A stretch of DNA of 39,430 nucleotides, taken from a bacterium. GTDB lineage: Bacteria > Babelota > Babeliae > Babelales > JAUWHS01. How positions within the stretch are numbered: position 1 is the stretch's first letter; the number at the start of each line of letters is the position of its first letter. The stretch lies in contig JBDRFY010000018.1 of NCBI GenBank assembly GCA_043818275.1, forward strand, positions 1-39,430. Reading direction: 5' to 3'. The notes under the pieces were generated by a model. The model did no database searches. It saw only the letters and a list, made by a program, of their open reading frames with translations, and was not told the origin of the DNA. Both the position numbers and the translations under genes were made by a program. Below, piece after piece: positions 37,901 to 39,430 of the stretch.

Positions 37901-38029
37901 TTCATAATGTTTTACAAAACTTTTTATAAAATCAATCGCATACTCTTGCCCGCAAAGAGAAGGCAATAAAAAACAGAAAAATAAAACCGAAATAATTTTT
38001 TTAAAAATCCAAATATTCCACAAACTCAT
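34907..38029 (-). CDS. Large hypothetical protein with signal-peptide-like N-terminus and deviant P-loop
   Basis: Long ORF (up to 1058 aa); ATG 38029 preceded by AGAGGA; hydrophobic strand followed by DGVGKTTLL at 37106-37126. Confidence 0.85.
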   Translation of the reverse strand: MSLWNIWIFKKIISVLFFCFLLPSLCGQEYAIDFIKSFVKHYEFNAEGRYTHEYHPFILEKTATSLDELEESLTAQGFNLFGRIVICGYEEQAVPTYYTNYAKPKINDEAMFKHKVGWSLKLHNKFGFMTGFLFKDLDYFNDLWFEEQEPLFEHINSNKIEIFRDQADIFQEHAFGQAHKLITQCTLPILEKIKKQNCKGVFKELLIFWKNLYKNALQVNNKQVAGTADIFFSIEYAKHLIRSFMPFLKFFTGPDITYPIEVSLKQEKEATANAQDFVKRFSKQLIPRNNKPTVYIFCSFVDGVGKTTLLGNVKNRLIHGDDVESFERVDNSSSQLADMFKVKENVFVADLPAQISHFTYKPDGLVFVSAERELQEDKLESVKDFVRQNKDEFHQKYEKLKTEVEAEIKINGFFSQNLNAEQNVEKSFIKNLFLLKKDKTNLWIPFQIDGAIYLFKLTDLSQIRVLCALGEVQSEGLKNVEAEQMLFFDGVRFPLPYLNFLEDLIAKLKNAEIENIVFVDFISMYPRSSRENIRINYLLQQLALLYEEFDPQLSLYRNFVNDSELLFLLNKYDSKQKIIKSFEFETLVRLAMYKLIAQKQKEDIEGVGLCELTETLKKELDLLSNQDIDFTKDFISQKVKLECMNLENIYGLSKSFVNVQKLDFDYIYKFSEKLIEFFSDRNFIQNEHLIDLWDFPVADICGDSSVKADGIYNQSVNFNDGNQLNGLYLFNKFCRDENLLTPFIRNLRSSWYATISNLIFAQGEYEARVEIEKEKYFVPPFVVKKDQSDHFYLVRKYFEEYEGQIDKKEKKVGELFNLKLIQQSEWGQFDKQIYRLNWDSKATNCGIFGFDSDLESTKKLSNKKSIITFLIQRYQKQFGADIVITTSKLYEILKGSELWKRDQKTIVEQAKKNGPYKDRKKKPLPSAHPERSRREGDRDDKKKKKNSGGWGLWGNNDKKVYLVSQDQIGPLRLFVRFIATLEMVLKDPESNIVVRRGSKKDFKAAIKLLEHVVLPKYFGLLCEKKLFEDYNSVEPLIDFD
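35227..35254. repeat. Intragenic REP-like element (reads SAHPERSRR on the coding strand)
   Basis: CCCTTCGACTACGCTCAGGGTGAGCGGA, same family as the GIY-YIG flank TCCTTCGATAC...CTCAGGACGAGCGG. Confidence 0.8.
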
Positions 38030-38903
38030 TCCAAAATTTATCCTCTTTTGAATCAGAATCTGAAGATTGCTGATCATAACCAAGTTTTATTTTTAAAAGA
38101 TCATATAATTCTTTAGTTGTTTTTACATGTTCATGATATTCAGCTTCATAAGTGGTTCCAACCAATCTTTCAAAAACTTTTCTAAGCTCAAAATAATACC
38201 AGCTAACTTGCATCCAATCTTTAAATAAAATTCCCTCGTTAAACATTTTTATCACATAATCAAAATACAATGCATAAAAATGATGATGAACATGAATTCC
38301 AAGTTTTTCCCAAACCTCTTTTAACGGTTTTGCGTCTTTAAGAATTTTAGTTTCACTAAAATTGGCCTGAAAAGAATCGAATAAATCAAAATCTTTGAAT
38401 TTGTTAAAACTCTTTTCTTCAAAAAAAACATTGTTTGTTTTATTGTCCACCTTTGCATGCTCTATGTATTGACCATAAAAAGCAAGTTGATCCAAAATAA
38501 ATTCCCAATACTGACCAATGTTTATTTTTTTTTCATCATTTGAAAGATAAAACCATGGATCATAAGTAAAAATAGAGACAATGTCCTGCAATGAATCAGC
38601 AATTTGCTCCGGTTTCATAAAAGAAAAAAATTGCTCTCTGGCAACAAAAACCTTTGGGTAATATTTTTTTAAATAATCATTATAAAGTTTGCTGTCTTTT
38701 TTTTTATTTTTAAATGGCGAAGCGAGGGTTAACTGATTTTGCGTTTCATCGTTTAAATTGTTTTGATTTTGATCATCCAATTGTAAAACTTGATTGGCAT
38801 CAACACCCAATAAATTTAAAAGTTCTGATAAATCAAATTCCTGATTACAAAAGAGAGGTGTAAAAAAAATGAAGGTAAGGATAAAAAAGAAAATTTTATT
38901 CAT
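38001..38903 (-). CDS. Hypothetical secreted protein
   Basis: Internal ATG 38903 gives signal peptide MNKIFFFILTFIFFTPLFC; the longer start (39047) runs into the repeat element. Confidence 0.75.
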   Translation of the reverse strand: MNKIFFFILTFIFFTPLFCNQEFDLSELLNLLGVDANQVLQLDDQNQNNLNDETQNQLTLASPFKNKKKDSKLYNDYLKKYYPKVFVAREQFFSFMKPEQIADSLQDIVSIFTYDPWFYLSNDEKKINIGQYWEFILDQLAFYGQYIEHAKVDNKTNNVFFEEKSFNKFKDFDLFDSFQANFSETKILKDAKPLKEVWEKLGIHVHHHFYALYFDYVIKMFNEGILFKDWMQVSWYYFELRKVFERLVGTTYEAEYHEHVKTTKELYDLLKIKLGYDQQSSDSDSKEDKFWNEFVEYLDF

Positions 38904-39010
38904 TTTTATTGTTTTATAAGTGTTGCCAGCAAACATATAAGCAACAAAATCTCCCATAAAAATTATCAACCAAGTCAAAAGATCAAACATGGATCCTGAA
39001 ACAAATTTAT

Positions 39011-39429
39011 AACTGTCCGAAGGGTTTTTAAATTTTAACGTTTGCATTTGTACATTAATTTAATAATTTTTTTAGAGAAGCCCGTGAAACGGGCGGCTTT
39101 TAGTAGCCCAGTGCAAAACGCAAAGCGTTGCAGCTCTGGGTAAAAATAACACCACCAACCTAGCCCCGTAGGGGCGGCACATAAAAATGATTTTGAAAAT
39201 TTATGTGCCGCCCCTACGGGGCTAAATTTTTATTTTAATTTTTTTCCCAGGGTTGCGAAAATTATCCACCTTCGTACCGCAAATAGCGGTACTTCGGCGG
39301 ACAAGAATTTTCTTACCCTGGGCTAACAAAAGCCGCCCTTTCAGGGCTTGTCAATGTAATTATTAAATTGATAAACAAAGTCAAAGATAAGTCTTTTAAT
39401 TCTGTTTCTTCAAATCACTTCGGACAGTT
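39011..39429. mobile_element. ~420-bp non-coding symmetric MITE/REP composite with GTAG-type core
   Basis: Outer 12-bp perfect IR AACTGTCCGAAG (39011) / CTTCGGACAGTT (39418); middle IR 39078-39111 / 39318-39349; 25-bp perfect IR TAGCCCCGTAGGGGCGGCACATAAA (39161-39185) / 39200-39224. Confidence 0.75.
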
Positions 39430-39430
39430 G

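Noticed and set aside
38904..39047. 5' extension of the last ORF
   Set aside because: It runs into the palindromic element, and the internal ATG at 38903 gives a clean signal peptide

Overview
AT-rich bacterial chromosome segment; the gene content and style (many signal-peptide orphans, WD40-like plus beta-solenoid paralogs, TGS-less ThrRS) suggest an intracellular/amoeba-associated bacterium such as Ca. Dependentiae/Babeliae (inference). Bases 1-8190 hold three paralogous, modular, probably secreted proteins: WD40-like propellers, a beta-solenoid-like module and a long I-x-x-N heptad coiled coil. The rest is mostly housekeeping (mrdA, xerC, nth, thrS, PhoH-family, cmk, recJ, lysS, ftsB-like, rapZ, S41 protease, ProXp-ala, DEAD-box helicase, HAM1 pyrophosphatase, mutS) plus 4 tRNAs (Ala-CGC, His-GTG, Pro-TGG, Arg-TCT). 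The strongest unexplained signal is a dense population of short GC-rich imperfect palindromes (REP-like). They (i) form inverted repeats bracketing one small GIY-YIG nuclease gene and are arrayed in front of a second, (ii) directly abut tRNA 3'-CCA ends, (iii) nest inside each other, (iv) build two ~400-bp symmetric MITE-like elements and (v) sit in frame inside three protein-coding genes. No transposase gene is present in the window. One secreted-protein gene is frameshifted at a T10 tract.
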